64,000 nt of DNA from the human T2T-CHM13v2.0 reference genome, Homo sapiens (GCF_009914755.1 NC_060933.1), one strand, 5' to 3'. Shown: positions 37,479 to 55,187, counted from the stretch's first letter. The notes: a model not told the origin generated them from the letters alone. Numbers and translations are program-made.

Positions 37479-37550
37479 ATGCCGCTCTTCTTCCGGAAGC
37501 GGAAACCCAGTGAGGAGGCTCGGAAACGCCTGGAGTACCAGATGTGTTTG
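37479..37550 (+). CDS. LRSAM1: LRSAM1 first coding exon ([24 protein letters not shown]); the exon starts at 37447
   Basis: Recognised N-terminus of the E3 ubiquitin ligase LRSAM1; ccccag acceptor and GTGAG donor. Confidence 0.95.
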
Positions 37551-37948
37551 GTGAGGGAAAGTGGGTTTCCTCTAACTCTATCCCATCTCCTCCTCGGTCC
37601 CCATGGAGTAGGCCTCCGCACTTCCCCCAACAAGCCGTGCTCCTTCCCATCTGCCTCCCCCACCCACAGAAGAAATATTTGACTTAGACCCAACAGATGA
37701 GGCCCCCTGCCAAGGGTGCTTGTCCCCTGTAGACTGAGCGCACTGTCATTGCTTTTCAGTTCCTCATCCCTCTGGGCCTCAAGCTCTGGGAAAGCAGGGG
37801 TCATTGGTTCACCTGCCAAATGGACCAGTGGAACCAGATAGTGTCTATGGTCCTTTGCAGCTGCTTACATTTATGTTCTTTGCCTGGCTTGTCCACTCTG
37901 CAAAGGTGTTTTGTCTTAATACTTTTTAAAAATTCTTTTTATCCTTAG

Positions 37949-38005
37949 GCAAAAGAAGCTGGGGCAGATGACATTCTCGACATCTCTAAATGTGAGCTCT
38001 CAGAG
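37949..38005 (+). CDS. LRSAM1: LRSAM1 coding exon 2 (AKEAGADDILDISKCELSE)
   Basis: AG/GT bounded, 57 nt, LRR-like LDISKCEL. Confidence 0.94.
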
Positions 38006-38526
38006 GTAAACTGAGGATAGTGTTGGGCTGTGAATTGGATCTGTCCCGTTTTCTTGGATCTTGTGTCCCTAGGAAAGACAGAGGTGGACTGGGGCTTTAG
38101 AAAGGCCAGAAGCTCTAGTCACGAGATGTTTCCTTAGATTTTGTTCTCGTCCAAAATAATTGAAGATGATCCTTTGGCCTCAATATAACGTAGTCTCCAA
38201 GAGTCAAGGAGTCTAGGTAGAAAATGTACCCATAGACTCCTACATTGCTGGAAGGGCCTGGCATTCTCCAGCCCCTGAAGGGGTTCACAATGGGGACAGG
38301 GTGGGTGGGGCAGGGCAGTCTCCTGCCAGCTGACCGAGGGAAGGGCTGGCCACATCCCCAACACCACTGCTTGCCAGCCTTGCCCCTGGGCTCAGCACTG
38401 CCACCTGCTGTGGCGTTTTGCCCTTGTTCACCTCCTGCCTGTCTCTTCCTCACGTGAATGCCACTCAGAGAACAAGCTAAAAACTGGCAGGAGGGGAGAC
38501 ACTTACTCTTCTTTATCTTATCTTAG

Positions 38527-38571
38527 ATTCCATTTGGAGCTTTTGCAACATGCAAAGTTCTGCAGAAGAAG
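38527..38571 (+). CDS. LRSAM1: LRSAM1 coding exon 3 (IPFGAFATCKVLQKK)
   Basis: tcttag acceptor and AAG|GTAAGA donor, 45 nt. Confidence 0.93.
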
Positions 38572-39200
38572 GTAAGATGGAGCTTCATCTTCAGAGACTT
38601 TCTTGTTGCATGTCTGCTTGTTTGAACCCACAAGGGACTTTGAGGAGCTGTCTTCCCGGCGTAGACACCTCCTTTCTCTCTGCTTCTTATGCTCTTGGCC
38701 TGCAGCAGGTGTTTTCACAGATAGGAGAGTAGGCTTTGGGGTTGGACCTTCCTGTGTCACATTCTAACTCTGCCCTCACTGGCTTCATGACTTGGGCAAC
38801 TTCCTTAAACTCTTACTTCTCAGTTTCTTCCCCTGTGAAATGAAGACATTCATAGTTCTCCTTCCTGAGGTATTGTGAGAATTAAATGAGTGGTAGATAG
38901 CTAGATAGAGATAGAAATATACTGAGTGTACATGCCTACCACGTAGTAAAGGCTTATGAACCCCGGTGTTAGTAATAATAGAAACTCACGCCTTTTATTC
39001 TGGTCACCCAGGGGAGATTCAGAGGGGAGTGAATGATTTTTCAGCAGAGCATTGCAGCTTTGAATGCAGATGGGTAGAAGCGCTCTAAGTGAAGTATCTA
39101 AATGAGAATATGCAAAAAAAAAAAAAAAAAAGTGTTCCCTGCCAACAGAGTAGTGAGCTCCTTGGCGCTGGAAGTTTTGTTTGTTTTTTTTTTTTTTTGA

Positions 39201-39419
<219 letters not shown>

Positions 39420-39597
39420 TGATCCACCTGCCTTAGCCTGCCAAAGTGCTGGGATTACAGGTGTGAGCCACCACGCCCAGTCTGTGCTGGAAGTGTTGGG
39501 CCGCAGTCAATGCCTAAGAAAAATGCAGTAGATTGGCCGGGTGCGGTGGCTCATGCCTGTAATCCCAGCACTTCGGGAGGCCGAGGTGGGCAGATCA

Positions 39598-39958
<361 letters not shown>

Positions 39959-40267
39959 CTATTTTCCACGTGAAGACGCTGGTGCTGGGAAGGTTATGAT
40001 CAGGATGGCTGCAGGGGGATCCCTTCTCAGATGGAAGGAAGATGTAGACCTCTAAGGTCTCTTTCACCCTTGAAGATCCAGGTTTTAAGGAAGGGCATTA
40101 GATTCCCCATTGGGAGAGTTCATGATACTGACCCGCATCCCCGTGGTGGTGTCTGGGAGAGCAAGATGGTGGGGCGTGGCACGGCGCTGGGCTGGCTCCC
40201 ACGCCCTTAGCCTGCCCTGCCTGCTGCTCTTCCTCAGCCCAGCATGGCCGCACATCTCTCCACACAG

Positions 40268-40345
40268 GTGCTGATCGTCCACACGAATCACCTCACTTCC
40301 CTGCTTCCCAAATCCTGCAGCCTCCTGAGTCTGGCAACCATTAAG
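40268..40345 (+). CDS. LRSAM1: LRSAM1 coding exon 4, LRR ([26 protein letters not shown])
   Basis: AG/GT bounded, 78 nt, LxxxxNxL pattern. Confidence 0.94.
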
Positions 40346-40847
40346 GTACTGGGCCCTCCTCCCAGGCAGCTGGGGCTCTGCATGGGGTTCCACGCGGCAG
40401 CTGAGCGCCTGCTCCCTTTGGGCTGCCTCTTGCATGTCAGAGGGGCCCAATCTACCAGTCAGTCTGGGATTTGATCAGTATGGTTTACTGGATACTTCTG
40501 TGGGCTGTGTGTGGGTTAGGGTGACAAAGATGACCAGCCACAGGCCCTGTCCCTGGGGAGTTTACATGCCAGGAGGAAAGCCAAGTGACAGCCTCATGGC
40601 GAGTCAGCTAGCAGAGGGCGAGGAGACTGATGGTCCCAGGCAAGAAGGAAGAGGAGGGACGCCCAGGTGATCTGGAAGGACTCCCTGCTGACTGTGAGCT
40701 CCTCCCCGGATGGGCTGGGAGGCATTCACAACATGTGGGAGGTGTGAGCCCAGGGTTGTTATGCGCAGACCTGAGCTTGGGAGAGTGATATGCACCTTCA
40801 GAGGAGGCCGGCAGCACAGGTGTCAGCCCAGCAGCACAGGCCCAATC

Positions 40848-40985
40848 TGTTATACTATATTGTTTAGGGAATAATGACAAGAGAAAAGCCTGTATGTGTT
40901 CACTACAGATGCTTTCTTTCTTTTTTTTTTTTTTTAATATTTTGCACCTGAGTTTGGTTGAATCCATAGATATGGAGGGTACCTG
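40848..40985. mobile_element. MER2-like TcMar-Tigger fragment
   Basis: TTATACTATATTGTTTAGGGAATAATGACAAG...TTGGTTGAATCCATAGAT. Confidence 0.6.
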
Positions 40986-41056
40986 TGTGTGCACATGTAT
41001 AAATATTTCTCCAAGGCCTTTTTTGTGCATTTTCATTTTTAAAAAATTAGCAGTCA

Positions 41057-41561
<505 letters not shown>

Positions 41562-41955
41562 TTAAAAATTAGCAAGTACAGTTAAGCAAAGGGGGAAACA
41601 TCTATAATTTTACACTGTGGAGTACCACTATCAATATTTTATCGCATATTTGAAAGTCTTACATATTTATACAATGGAGTGTTTCTTTTTAACATATTAG
41701 TATCTAGGCATACTGTTTTATAGCATAGTTTTTCAGTTAACAGTAAAAATAAATATACATAAAATAAGAAAATGGTATAATGGTTTGAGAAGGAAAATGA
41801 GGCGGGAATGATCAACACTGAGTGGGAAAGGAGTGGCAGGCACTCTGTTTCTGCACTGGGGGTGTGAGGTGGCCCCAGCCCCTCCTCAGCGCTCTGGAGC
41901 CCGGAGTCTGAGGGACTTTCTCACTTGGAGACTCACAGGGGTCTTTCTTCTGCAG

Positions 41956-42024
41956 GTTCTAGATCTCCACGATAATCAGCTGACAGCCCTTCCTGACGAT
42001 CTGGGGCAGCTGACTGCCCTCCAG
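41956..42024 (+). CDS. LRSAM1: LRSAM1 coding exon 5, LRR ([23 protein letters not shown])
   Basis: AG/GT bounded, 69 nt, exactly one 23-aa LRR. Confidence 0.95.
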
Positions 42025-42498
42025 GTAAGGCTGCAGAAACAGAAACCCACCTCGGATGGCCCTAGTGAGACCAGGCAGTCACTCAAGCCTGGAATGTTCT
42101 GGCCGGGCTCCAGCCAGTGGAAGCAGGCTGCAATCAGTGCCAGCTCCACCCTCCCCTTGGCCCTTTGGGGTTTTTTTTTTTTTTTTTTGAGGCAGTGCCT
42201 CACTGCGTTGCCCAGGCTGGGGTGCAGTGGCGCCATCAGAGTTGCAGAGGCAACCTCTGCCTCCCGAGTTCAAGCGATTCTCCTGCCTCAGCCTCCCTAG
42301 TAGCTGGGATTACAGGTGTGTGCCACCACTCCCAGCTAGTTTTTGTATTTTTAGTAGAGATGGTGTTTCGCCATGTTGGCCTGACTGGTCTCAAACTCCT
42401 GACCTCAAGTTATCCACTCACTTTGGCCTCCCAAAGTGCTGGGATTACAGGTGTGAGCCACCACGCCTGACCAATTGTACCACTTTGAGCCACAATAA

Positions 42499-42828
<330 letters not shown>

Positions 42829-42924
42829 TAGAATTGCTGCATTCACTAATTTGTAACTTTTGGATACCTGACAATAACTCATAGCATCCTTTGGTTCATC
42901 AAATATTCATCTTATTATTTTTAA

Positions 42925-43077
<153 letters not shown>

Positions 43078-43691
43078 TAAGTAGCTGGAATTACAGGCGC
43101 CCACCACTATGCCTGGCTAATTTTTTGTATTTTAGTAGAGACGGGGTTTCACCATGTTCACCAGGATGGTCTCAATCTCCTGATCTCATGATCCACCCAC
43201 CTCAGCCTCCCAAAGTGCTGGGATTACAGGTGTTAGCCACCGTGCCTGGCCCCCATTGCATCTATTTTTAATGGTTAGTGTGTCATCCTGCTGGCCTTGC
43301 TCACCTCGAGGTACCACCTTCTGGAGGGAGCACAGCTTCGGAATCCAACAAGCCCTGGTTCAGTCCCAGCACCACTGCCGGCCTGAGGCCTTGGGTGGAT
43401 CACACGGCCTTAGGGCAGCCTTTTCCTTAAGGCCAGGGGAACTAGAGCCTCCTGTGCTGCCTCCCCAGATCCCCAAGTCTGTAGTCCCCTTCTCCCTCCT
43501 TCCCTGATGGTGGGGCAGTTACTGAGCATTTTGTGGTCGGTGTAAGTGCTGGAACCTCAGCCAGAAGGGGTTCAAGGCCTGGCTGTGCTCTCCTGAGCAC
43601 GTGACTTTGCCACCCTGAGCTTCAGTTTTTTTCCTGTCTCCAGCGGAAACAAGAATTTCTGTCTTCCTCAAGGGCCGGTAGGGGGAGATAA

Positions 43692-44108
<417 letters not shown>

Positions 44109-44128
44109 TGCCTCTTCCTCTTTCTTAG

Positions 44129-44239
<111 letters not shown>

Positions 44240-45164
44240 TGACCCTCCATCAGCTCTGGGCCATCCTGGCCGGGATCCACAGGCTGCCCCGCCCGGGAGC
44301 CATTGAGCAGGAGGGCAGCCAGTCTCCGGGGGTCGCTGTAAATGGACTGACCCCTGCTGGGTCAGCTGTCTTCATGGTAACCAGAGACAGGCTGTCTGGA
44401 GGGTTCCTGTGGCTCCTGAGAGCCAGGGCCATATGGCCGTATGGGGAGGAGGGCAGCTGGGCCCCGAGCCTCAGTCACTCATATTTATAATGGTGAGTGT
44501 AGAGGACTGATGGGGCGAGAGCTCCTAAGGAGCCGCAGTAAGGTTCTGAGCAGTGCTTCCACCTCCAGCGACGCACCAAGCCTCCTGAGGAGTCCACTGG
44601 GCAGGCTGAGGGCAGTGGTGCCATCCCCAGTTTACACACGAGGAAAACAAGGCCCGGGAAATCAAGTGTGACTTGCTCAAGACCACCCCGTGGGATGGTG
44701 ACAGAGCCAAGACCACTGCACAGGCGCCTTACCCGCAGGAGCGCTCTGCTCGCCACACCCAGCTCTCTCCCTTCTCCTGGCTGTCCTTAAGCACTTCCTG
44801 CAGAGTGCCTCTGTTTATCAACTGTAACATATGAGTAATGAGAACAACAGTGGCGCCCCATTGCTCAGCCATTACAGCATGAGGGGCCCTGTGCGGAGGA
44901 CCTCACACATCATCTACCTGAACCTCCAATCTCCCCGTGTTCTTATAAGGCTGGGTGGCAGTGTCATCCCCATTTTCCAGGTGAGAAAACTGGCACAAGG
45001 AGGCAAAGCCAGTTGTCTAAAGTCTCTTGGCTAGTAATTGGTGGAGTGGGGACTTGAACTGGAACTCCACCTTCTTGAGCCTAGGAAACCTCAGAGCCCA
45101 GGATCTGTTGTGTGCCCTAGAGGTCAGAGTGGCTCCCAGCGGGCATCAGGCAGGAAGCTGGTGA

Positions 45165-45410
<246 letters not shown>

Positions 45411-45589
45411 TGATCTCACGGTACCAGGGCCACACAGAGATCCCAAGGCATGGTCCTTGGAGGCTTGTAGAGAGGCCAATGTGTGAACATTCGTAATTAT
45501 ATGACTTTTGCTGCCATAATAGAGGCAGAAAAACATACATTAAGAATGAAGAAGAAAGAATGCTGAATCCAGAAGAGGCTGACACTTTA

Positions 45590-46003
<414 letters not shown>

Positions 46004-46042
46004 TTATCCAGGCGTGGTGGTGCGCACCTGTAATCCCAGCTA

Positions 46043-46695
<653 letters not shown>

Positions 46696-47219
46696 ACACT
46701 GACAGAGGCAGCTGCTCACGGAAAGCAGCTCTCACAGTCATGCTAATGAGGTAGCTCACCTTTATCTGGGGCTTTCTAAGACTGGGCATAACCTGGAATC
46801 GCTCCGTGTATCGTCACAGAACTCTTGTGAGGCAGATACTATTGTGCTACTTTGTAGATGAAGAAACTGAGGCACAGGCAGTTTAAGAAACTTGCCCAAG
46901 GGCCACACAGTCACTGACAGCAGAGATCGTTGTAAACCAGGCCGTCTGAAGCTGACGCCTGTGCTCCCCACCTCTGTATGACTCGGCTTCTGGAACAGGG
47001 ACTTCTCCATTCATGGTGGCACGCAGTCTGGCCAGCATTCCGGAGTGGCCTGGAGTTGACCCCACTCTCAGCCAGCCCAGCCTGCTGAGCAGAGGTGTCT
47101 GTGTCAGAGTGGGTGGGTGATCACAGAGACAGCAGAGGAAGGACTGACCTCAGCAGCTGGGGCCCTCCTGCCTGAGAAAGGGCCGGCTGGGGAGATGGGC
47201 CAACATGGCTTGTCCTCTC

Positions 47220-47540
47220 TGCTGCCTACTGGAACTTTCTGCAATGATGGAAATGTTCAGTGACCGTGCTGTCCAGAGCGGCAGCCACTGGCCATGTGTA
47301 TCTAATGAGCACCTGGTGACCGTGCTGTCCAGAGCGGCGGCCACTGGCCACGTGTATCTATTGAGCACCTGGAGACCGTGCTGTCCAGAGCGGCAGCCGC
47401 TGGCCATATGTATCTATGGAGCACCTGGAATGTGGCTTGTGTGTACAGCCAGGAACTAAAAGTTTGATTTCATTGAATTTTAATTAATTTATATTTAAAT
47501 AGCCGTGGGTCCTTAGTGGCTACCATTTTAGACAATACAG
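47220..47540. mobile_element. MER3-like hAT-Charlie DNA transposon with an internal 56-bp triplication (47261-47428)
   Basis: GAACTTTCTGCAATGATGGAAATGTT...TTTAAATAGCC...AGTGGCTACCATTTTAGACA resembles MER3; units at 47261, 47317 and 47373. Confidence 0.75.
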
Positions 47541-48219
47541 CTCAGAGCACGTTCCCAATCCTGAAGCCATCTCGACATCTAGTACGAGTTCTGGACACTT
47601 CAATTTTTTTTTCTTTGAGACAGGCTCTCATGCTGTCACCCAGGCTGGAGTGCAGTGGCTCAATCATAGCTCACTGCAGCCTCAAACTCCTGGGCTCAAG
47701 AGATCCTCCTCCTCAGCCTCCCAAGAGACTGGGACCACAGGTGTACCCCATCACACTTGGCTAATTTTTTTATTTTTTGTAGAGATGAGGTCCCACTATG
47801 TTGCCCAGCCTGGTCTCAAAGTCTTGGGCTCAAGCAATCCTCCCGCCTTGACTCCCAAGTAGGTGGGATTACAGGTGTGAGCCACCACACCCAACCTGGA
47901 CACTTCATTTTATTTTGATTCCTTTAAAAAAAATCTTTTGGGTTTCTTGGTGGCACCTCGGACAAACCTTCTTTTAGGATGAGATAACCGTTCTGAGTTC
48001 AGGCCGTACTGTGGGCAAGATCTTCAGGTGTCACGCACGCCACCCACCAAACAGCCCACCAGGTCGGTAACACTGCCTGTTTGGCTATGAGGAGACCACA
48101 GCCCCAGGACACTAAGGGGCCTGATTAAGCAAACACATGGCCAGCATGCAATGAGCCGGGATCTGAAGCCATGGCGGTGTCTTTGGCACAGCAATGTCCA
48201 GTCACTGCTCCTGCTGCCC

Positions 48220-48412
48220 ACGATGAGAATGCTCTATGATCTGTGCAGCCAACATGGCCACCCCAGCCACTTGTAGCTGCTGGGCCCTTGAAATGTGGTG
48301 ACTGCAACCAACCATGGACTCAAACTTTAAATCAGATTTATTTTCAGTTACTTAAAATGTAACCATAAATGGCCACACATGGCTTGTAGCCAGCATCCTG
48401 GTATAGCCCACA
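48220..48412. mobile_element. Second, more diverged MER3/MER33-like element
   Basis: AGCCACTTGTAGCT...TTGAAATGTGG...GGCCACACATGGCTTGTAGCC pattern. Confidence 0.5.
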
Positions 48413-48933
48413 GTCCGTGCCCTTAAGCCACCACGCTTTACTGATGGTGACTAAGAGCACCCATGTGGGGTTCATTTGCTTCCAGGTATGGGGTTTTCTG
48501 CTGTTGGGCCCTCAGCATCTGGGCGGTCAGTTCCTCTTCCCTGGGGCAGTCTCCCACTCCCTGTGCAAAGCACGTTCACTCAACACCCACCGTGTGAGGG
48601 CTGGGCTGGCCAGGGCTGGGGGACCTGAGCTACCCTTCCCACCCAGCCACTTGTGTTACAGCAAAATCAGAGCTTCCCAGGCCTTCTCCTTTTCCAGGAC
48701 TCCCCTGATACCCAGGCATAGAGGATATCAGTGCCTGCCAGCACTCTGGGATGAGAGGGCCTGTGGGAAGTCAGAGGTTGGCAGCGGGAGGGCAGGGTCC
48801 AACACAACTCACACCGTGGATGGGGCAGTTCTGTGGCTGTGAGCTGAGGCCCCTGCTTCCTGGGCTTCATAAACACGGAGGCATCTGCATGTGTGCGCTG
48901 ATAAACATTTGTCATTACATAATTTAAAAGTCA

Positions 48934-49363
<430 letters not shown>

Positions 49364-49434
49364 CTATAAAATATGAATGTGAAAGTGTATGAATATATTA
49401 TATGAATATATTATCTAACAAAGGAAGAATCATA

Positions 49435-49478
<44 letters not shown>

Positions 49479-49483
49479 CACTA

Positions 49484-49606
<123 letters not shown>

Positions 49607-49971
49607 TCATATTCTATATGCTGTCCTATAACTTCCTTTTTTTCACTCACTTATGTATTTATCCAAAGTGAACTGAGAGGCTGGGTGTATGACTCACACC
49701 TGTAATTCCAGCACTTTGGGAGGCGGGCGAATTGCTTGGGCCCAAGACTTTGAGACTAGCCTGGGTAACATAGTAGGACTTTATCTCTACAAAAAATACA
49801 AAAATTAGGCATGGTGGCATGTGCTTATAGTCCCAGCTACTCAGGAGGCTGAAGTGGGAGGATTGCTTAAACCTGGGGAGGTCGAGACTGCAGTGTTCGT
49901 GCCACTGCACTCCAGTCTGGGCAATGGGAGTGAGACCCTGTCTCAGAAAAATGTAAAAAAGTGCTTGCTGC

Positions 49972-50497
49972 TGTTGTAACCAAGCGAGTTATAGAGAAAC
50001 ACCACACTTTGAGACAAATTGAGGAGTCCTTTATTAGCTGGCAACCGAGAGGCAGCTAATGCTCAAAATTCTCTTGGCCCTGAGGAAGGGGCTAGTTTTG
50101 TTTTTATACTGTGGTCTAAATAGGGGAGGGGGGAGTTTAGCTGAAGCAATTTTTACAGAAGCAGAACTGGCAAAAAGTTAAAAAATTAATTGGTTACAAA
50201 AGCAGTTACAAAAAATAAACAGTTCCAGGTGAAGGGGCTTAAACTATCACAAAGGGATAAATGCAGGGGCTTTATGTGCCATCCACTGCGCGTGTCCCCA
50301 GGAGCTGCTGGTGCAGCTCGCCTCAATATCTTATCAGTAAGTGCATTCCTGGATGTGCTTTGAGTCAGTTTACACTAGTTATGCCCTTAAGGGAGGGAGG
50401 GAAGGGGGCTGCAGGTGAAGAAACTAAAATGGAGTCTGTCCGGCTCTCTCTCTGCTAGGAGAGAGTCACTCAGGTTAAAACAAGGTAGGGCATCACA
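49972..50497 (-). mobile_element. Solo ERV1 LTR (LTR6A/LTR6B-like, HERVS71 family), antisense to LRSAM1
   Basis: TG...CA termini, 4-bp TSD CTGC (49968-49971 and 50498-50501), minus-strand TATAAAA (50102-50108) and AATAAA (50030-50035); family name from recall. Confidence 0.8.
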
Positions 50498-50686
50498 CTG
50501 CCTGCCTACAGTCATCCCAGGCACTGGGAACGCAGCTGTAAGTAACAAGACAGTTCAGCCACCTCTGCTGTCAGGCCATTCCTGCTGGGTAGAGGTGACA
50601 GAGAACACACAAATTGATAAGGAAATCGTGTGGTCTCCGGTTGCGTTGGTAGCGAACAGTAAAGCGGGTTACCCTTGTGTCTGCAG

Positions 50687-50777
50687 ATGCTGAGCCTTGA
50701 CGCCTCGGCCATGGTCTACCCGCCGCGGGAGGTGTGTGGTGCCGGCACTGCGGCCATCTTGCAGTTCCTCTGCAAAG
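50687..50777 (+). CDS. LRSAM1: LRSAM1 coding exon 8 ([30 protein letters not shown]), LRR C-cap-like
   Basis: ctgcag acceptor and G|GTAAAG donor, 91 nt; PPxEVxxxGxxAILxFL cap motif. Confidence 0.93.
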
Positions 50778-52307
50778 GTAAAGCCAGGCCGCTGCCTCCT
50801 CCCCTCATTGAGGAACTATGACCCCCATGGCCACCCTGTGCCAGCCCAGGCTGGGGAACAGCAGAGACAGAAATGGCCACAGTGCCTACCTGCTTGGAGT
50901 TCGAGGTCTGGCAAGGGAAACAGGCAAAACAAATGTTTACACAGGGAAATAGATACAGACTGTGGTTATGGGAGTGCAGTGGTGCAGCTGATTTAGGTTG
51001 GGGCCACAGGGAAGGCCTGTCTTTGAGAGTGTGGCTCCACTGACACGGAGTCATGGTTAAGATCTAGAAAAAGCAGAAAGCTGTTCCGCCAGTAGGTGCA
51101 TATGGAAGGGCCTTGATGGGAAGTTTGACAGAGAGAGGGCCAGTGTAGCTGGAGGGAGGAAGCAGAGAGAAGAGAGATGGGGGAAGCCAAAGACAGTGCC
51201 CGGGCCCAGTGTCCAGTGGGAGAGCATGTGATCAGTCATTAGGCTGCAGGGAGGAGAAGGGATTGGAGGAGGAAAGAAAGAGTGCAGGACAGGGGACCAG
51301 TTAGGAGGCTGTCGGGGTCATCCAGGAGAGATGCACAGCAGAAGGAGCTAAAACCCGGAGCCAGCACTGGCTGGAGGCGGGAGGAGAGCAGGATGCCCTG
51401 TCAGGCTGGAAGTTCTTAGCTAGTGGTTCTGGTCACCTGTGGGACTTTCAGAATGCAACCAAGACACACATGCCTATGACTTATCATGGCCATTGCAAAA
51501 CAGTGGGGAAGGATGGTCTTTTCAATAGCTGATTCTGGATCAACTGGTTGTCCCTGTGGAAAAAATGAACTTTAACCTCTTCCTTAAACAGGAAGCAGGC
51601 AGTACTCATGATAAAAGATTGGTACCTTAGATTTAATTAAGGCCAGACATGGTGGCTTGCGCCTGTAATCCCAGCACTATGGGAGGCTGAGGCAGGAGGA
51701 TCTCGAGCCCAGGAGTTTGAGACCAGCCTAGGCAACATGGTGAAACCCTGTCTCTACAAAAAAAAAAAAAAAAAAAAAAAACAAAAATCAGCCAGGCGTG
51801 GTGGCACGTGCCTGTGTTCCCAGCTACTTGGGAGGCTGAGGTGGAAGGATCATTTGAGCCTGAGCTGTGGTCATGCCACTGCACTCCAGCCTGGAGCAAG
51901 ACTCCAACAAAGCAATACCCTATCTCAAAAAAAAGGTTTAATTAAAATCAAAATGTCTCTTCCTCAAAAGATACCATTTAGGGAAAGAAAAGGAAAGCCA
52001 TAAAGTTAGAGATGATATTTGCAATACATATATATCCAACAAAGGACTGGGATCTGGACTATAAACAGAAATCCTACAGATCCACGAGGAAAAGACATTA
52101 GCAAAAGACTTGACTAAGAATTTTTACACAAGAGAATATCCACACGGTGGCTCACACCTGTAATCCCAGCACTTTGGGAGGCTGAGGTGGGCAGATAACC
52201 TGAGGTCAGGAGTTTGAGACCAGCCTGGTCAACATGGTAAAACTCCATCTCTACTAAAAATACAAAAACTAACTGGGCATGGTGGCAGGCACCTGTAATC
52301 CCAGCTA

Positions 52308-52415
<108 letters not shown>

Positions 52416-52693
52416 TCAAAAAGAAAAAAAAAAAAGAGATGATATACAGATAGCAAACAGTATCTGAAAAAATTGCACAACATCATCTTAGTCAATGGGA
52501 AAATGCAAATTAAAACTGCAAAGAGATACTTTGACAAACCCACTAAAATGGCCAGAACTTTTCAATGGAAAAAAAAAAAACAAAAAACTTCCTGCTGACA
52601 AGTCAACCAGAAATAAAAAAACAAAAAATAGGCCGGGCGCGGTGGCTCGCGCCTGTAATCCCAGCACTTTGGGAGGCCGAGGTGGGCGGATCA

Positions 52694-53027
<334 letters not shown>

Positions 53028-53107
53028 TTAAAAATTATTCTCAATATCTACTCAAGCTGAACATTCAAATATCCTATGGCCCATGAGTTCCATTCCTAGG
53101 TACATGC

Positions 53108-53465
53108 CTGTATTAGTCTGTTCTCACACCGCTATGAAGAAATTCCCAATTTCTATGAAGAAATTCTTTATAAAGAAAAGAAGTTTAATTGACTCACAGT
53201 TTCACATGGCCGGGAGGCCTCAGGAAACTTACAGTCATGGTGGAAGGCACCTCTTCACAGGGCAGCAGGAGAGAGAATTAGTGCCAAGTGAAGAGGGAAG
53301 CCCCTTATAAAACCATCAGATCTTGTGAGAACTCACCCACCACCATAAGAATAGCATGGGGGAACTGCTCCCATGATCTAATCACCTCCCACGAGTTCCC
53401 GCCCCCAACACGTGGGGATTACAATTCAGAGATTGAGGTGGGGACACAGAGCCAGACCATATCAA
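53108..53465 (-). mobile_element. THE1 (THE1C-like) MaLR solo LTR
   Basis: TGTATTAGTCTGTTCTCACAC...TTAATTGACTCACAGTT...GGCACCTCTTCACAGGGC...GGGGACACAGAGCCAGACCATATCA. Confidence 0.8.
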
Positions 53466-53827
53466 TGCCCAATGGAAATGCATATGAATAAATGCCAAAA
53501 GCCATGTGCAAAAATGTTCATAGCAGCACTATTTATGCCAGTCCAACCTGGAAACAGCTATAATGTCCATTAGGAGTACAATGGATAACTAAACTGTTTT
53601 ATACTCAATGTGTGGATACCACACGGCAAGTGGAAAGAATGAGCCACTGCTCCTTTCAACAACCTGGATGAGTCTCACAAACAATGTGGAGTGTGAGGAG
53701 CCAGACACAAAGGAATATGTGCTCTTATCAGTCACCACAGAGCTTTGAACCAGCACTGGTTCCTGGTCATGAGAGTGTGTTCACCTTTAAACATTCATCA
53801 AGCTCTGCATGAAGATTCTGTGCTCTC

Positions 53828-53934
53828 GGCCCAAAGGCAGTGAGTTATCTCAATTGATTGCTCACAGTCAGTTACAGATTTAAGGCCTTGTTCCACTCTT
53901 TCTCCTCTTCTCACCGCTGCACTTGACTAATCTT
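53828..53934 (+). pseudogene. Y1 RNA (RNY1-like) processed pseudogene
   Basis: GGCCCAAAGGCAGTGAGTTATCTCAATTGATTGCTCACAGTCAGTTACAGAT...CTGCACTTGACTAATCTT matches hY1; A-rich tail; 15-bp TSD AAGATT(C/T)TGTGCTCT at 53812-53826 and 53950-53964. Confidence 0.9.
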
Positions 53935-54275
53935 AAAAAAAGAGAGAGAAAGATTTTGTGCTCTTTTCTGTATGTATGTTATATTTTACTTTAAAAGAAA
54001 GTGGAGGGGGGTGGCTGCGATCATAGCCACCAGGCCACACATATGCAAATTAGAGTCTTCGAGCAACAGGTGATTCCAATATACACCCTGGCCAATGGCT
54101 GAGCTAGCTAGACAAAAGCCTTTATTTTCTTTAAAAAGATTTTGGGGCCGAACAAGGTGGCTCACGCCTGTAATCCCAACATTTTGGGAGGCCAAGGCGG
54201 GTGGATCGCTTGAGCCCAGGAGTTCAACATGGGCAACATGGCAAAACTTCATCTCTACAAAAAATGCAAAAATTA

Positions 54276-54467
<192 letters not shown>

Positions 54468-54514
54468 TCACGCCTGTAATCCCAGCACTTTAGGAGGTCG
54501 AGGTGGGTGGATCA

Positions 54515-54772
<258 letters not shown>

Positions 54773-54917
54773 CTAATTTTTGTATTTTTAGTAAAGACAG
54801 GGTTTCGCCATGTTGACCAGGCTGGTCTCATACTCTTGACCTAAGGTGATCCACCCACCTCGGCCTCCCGAAGCGCTGGCATTACAAGTGTGAGCCACCA
54901 CGCCCTGCAAGAAATAA

Positions 54918-55187
<270 letters not shown>

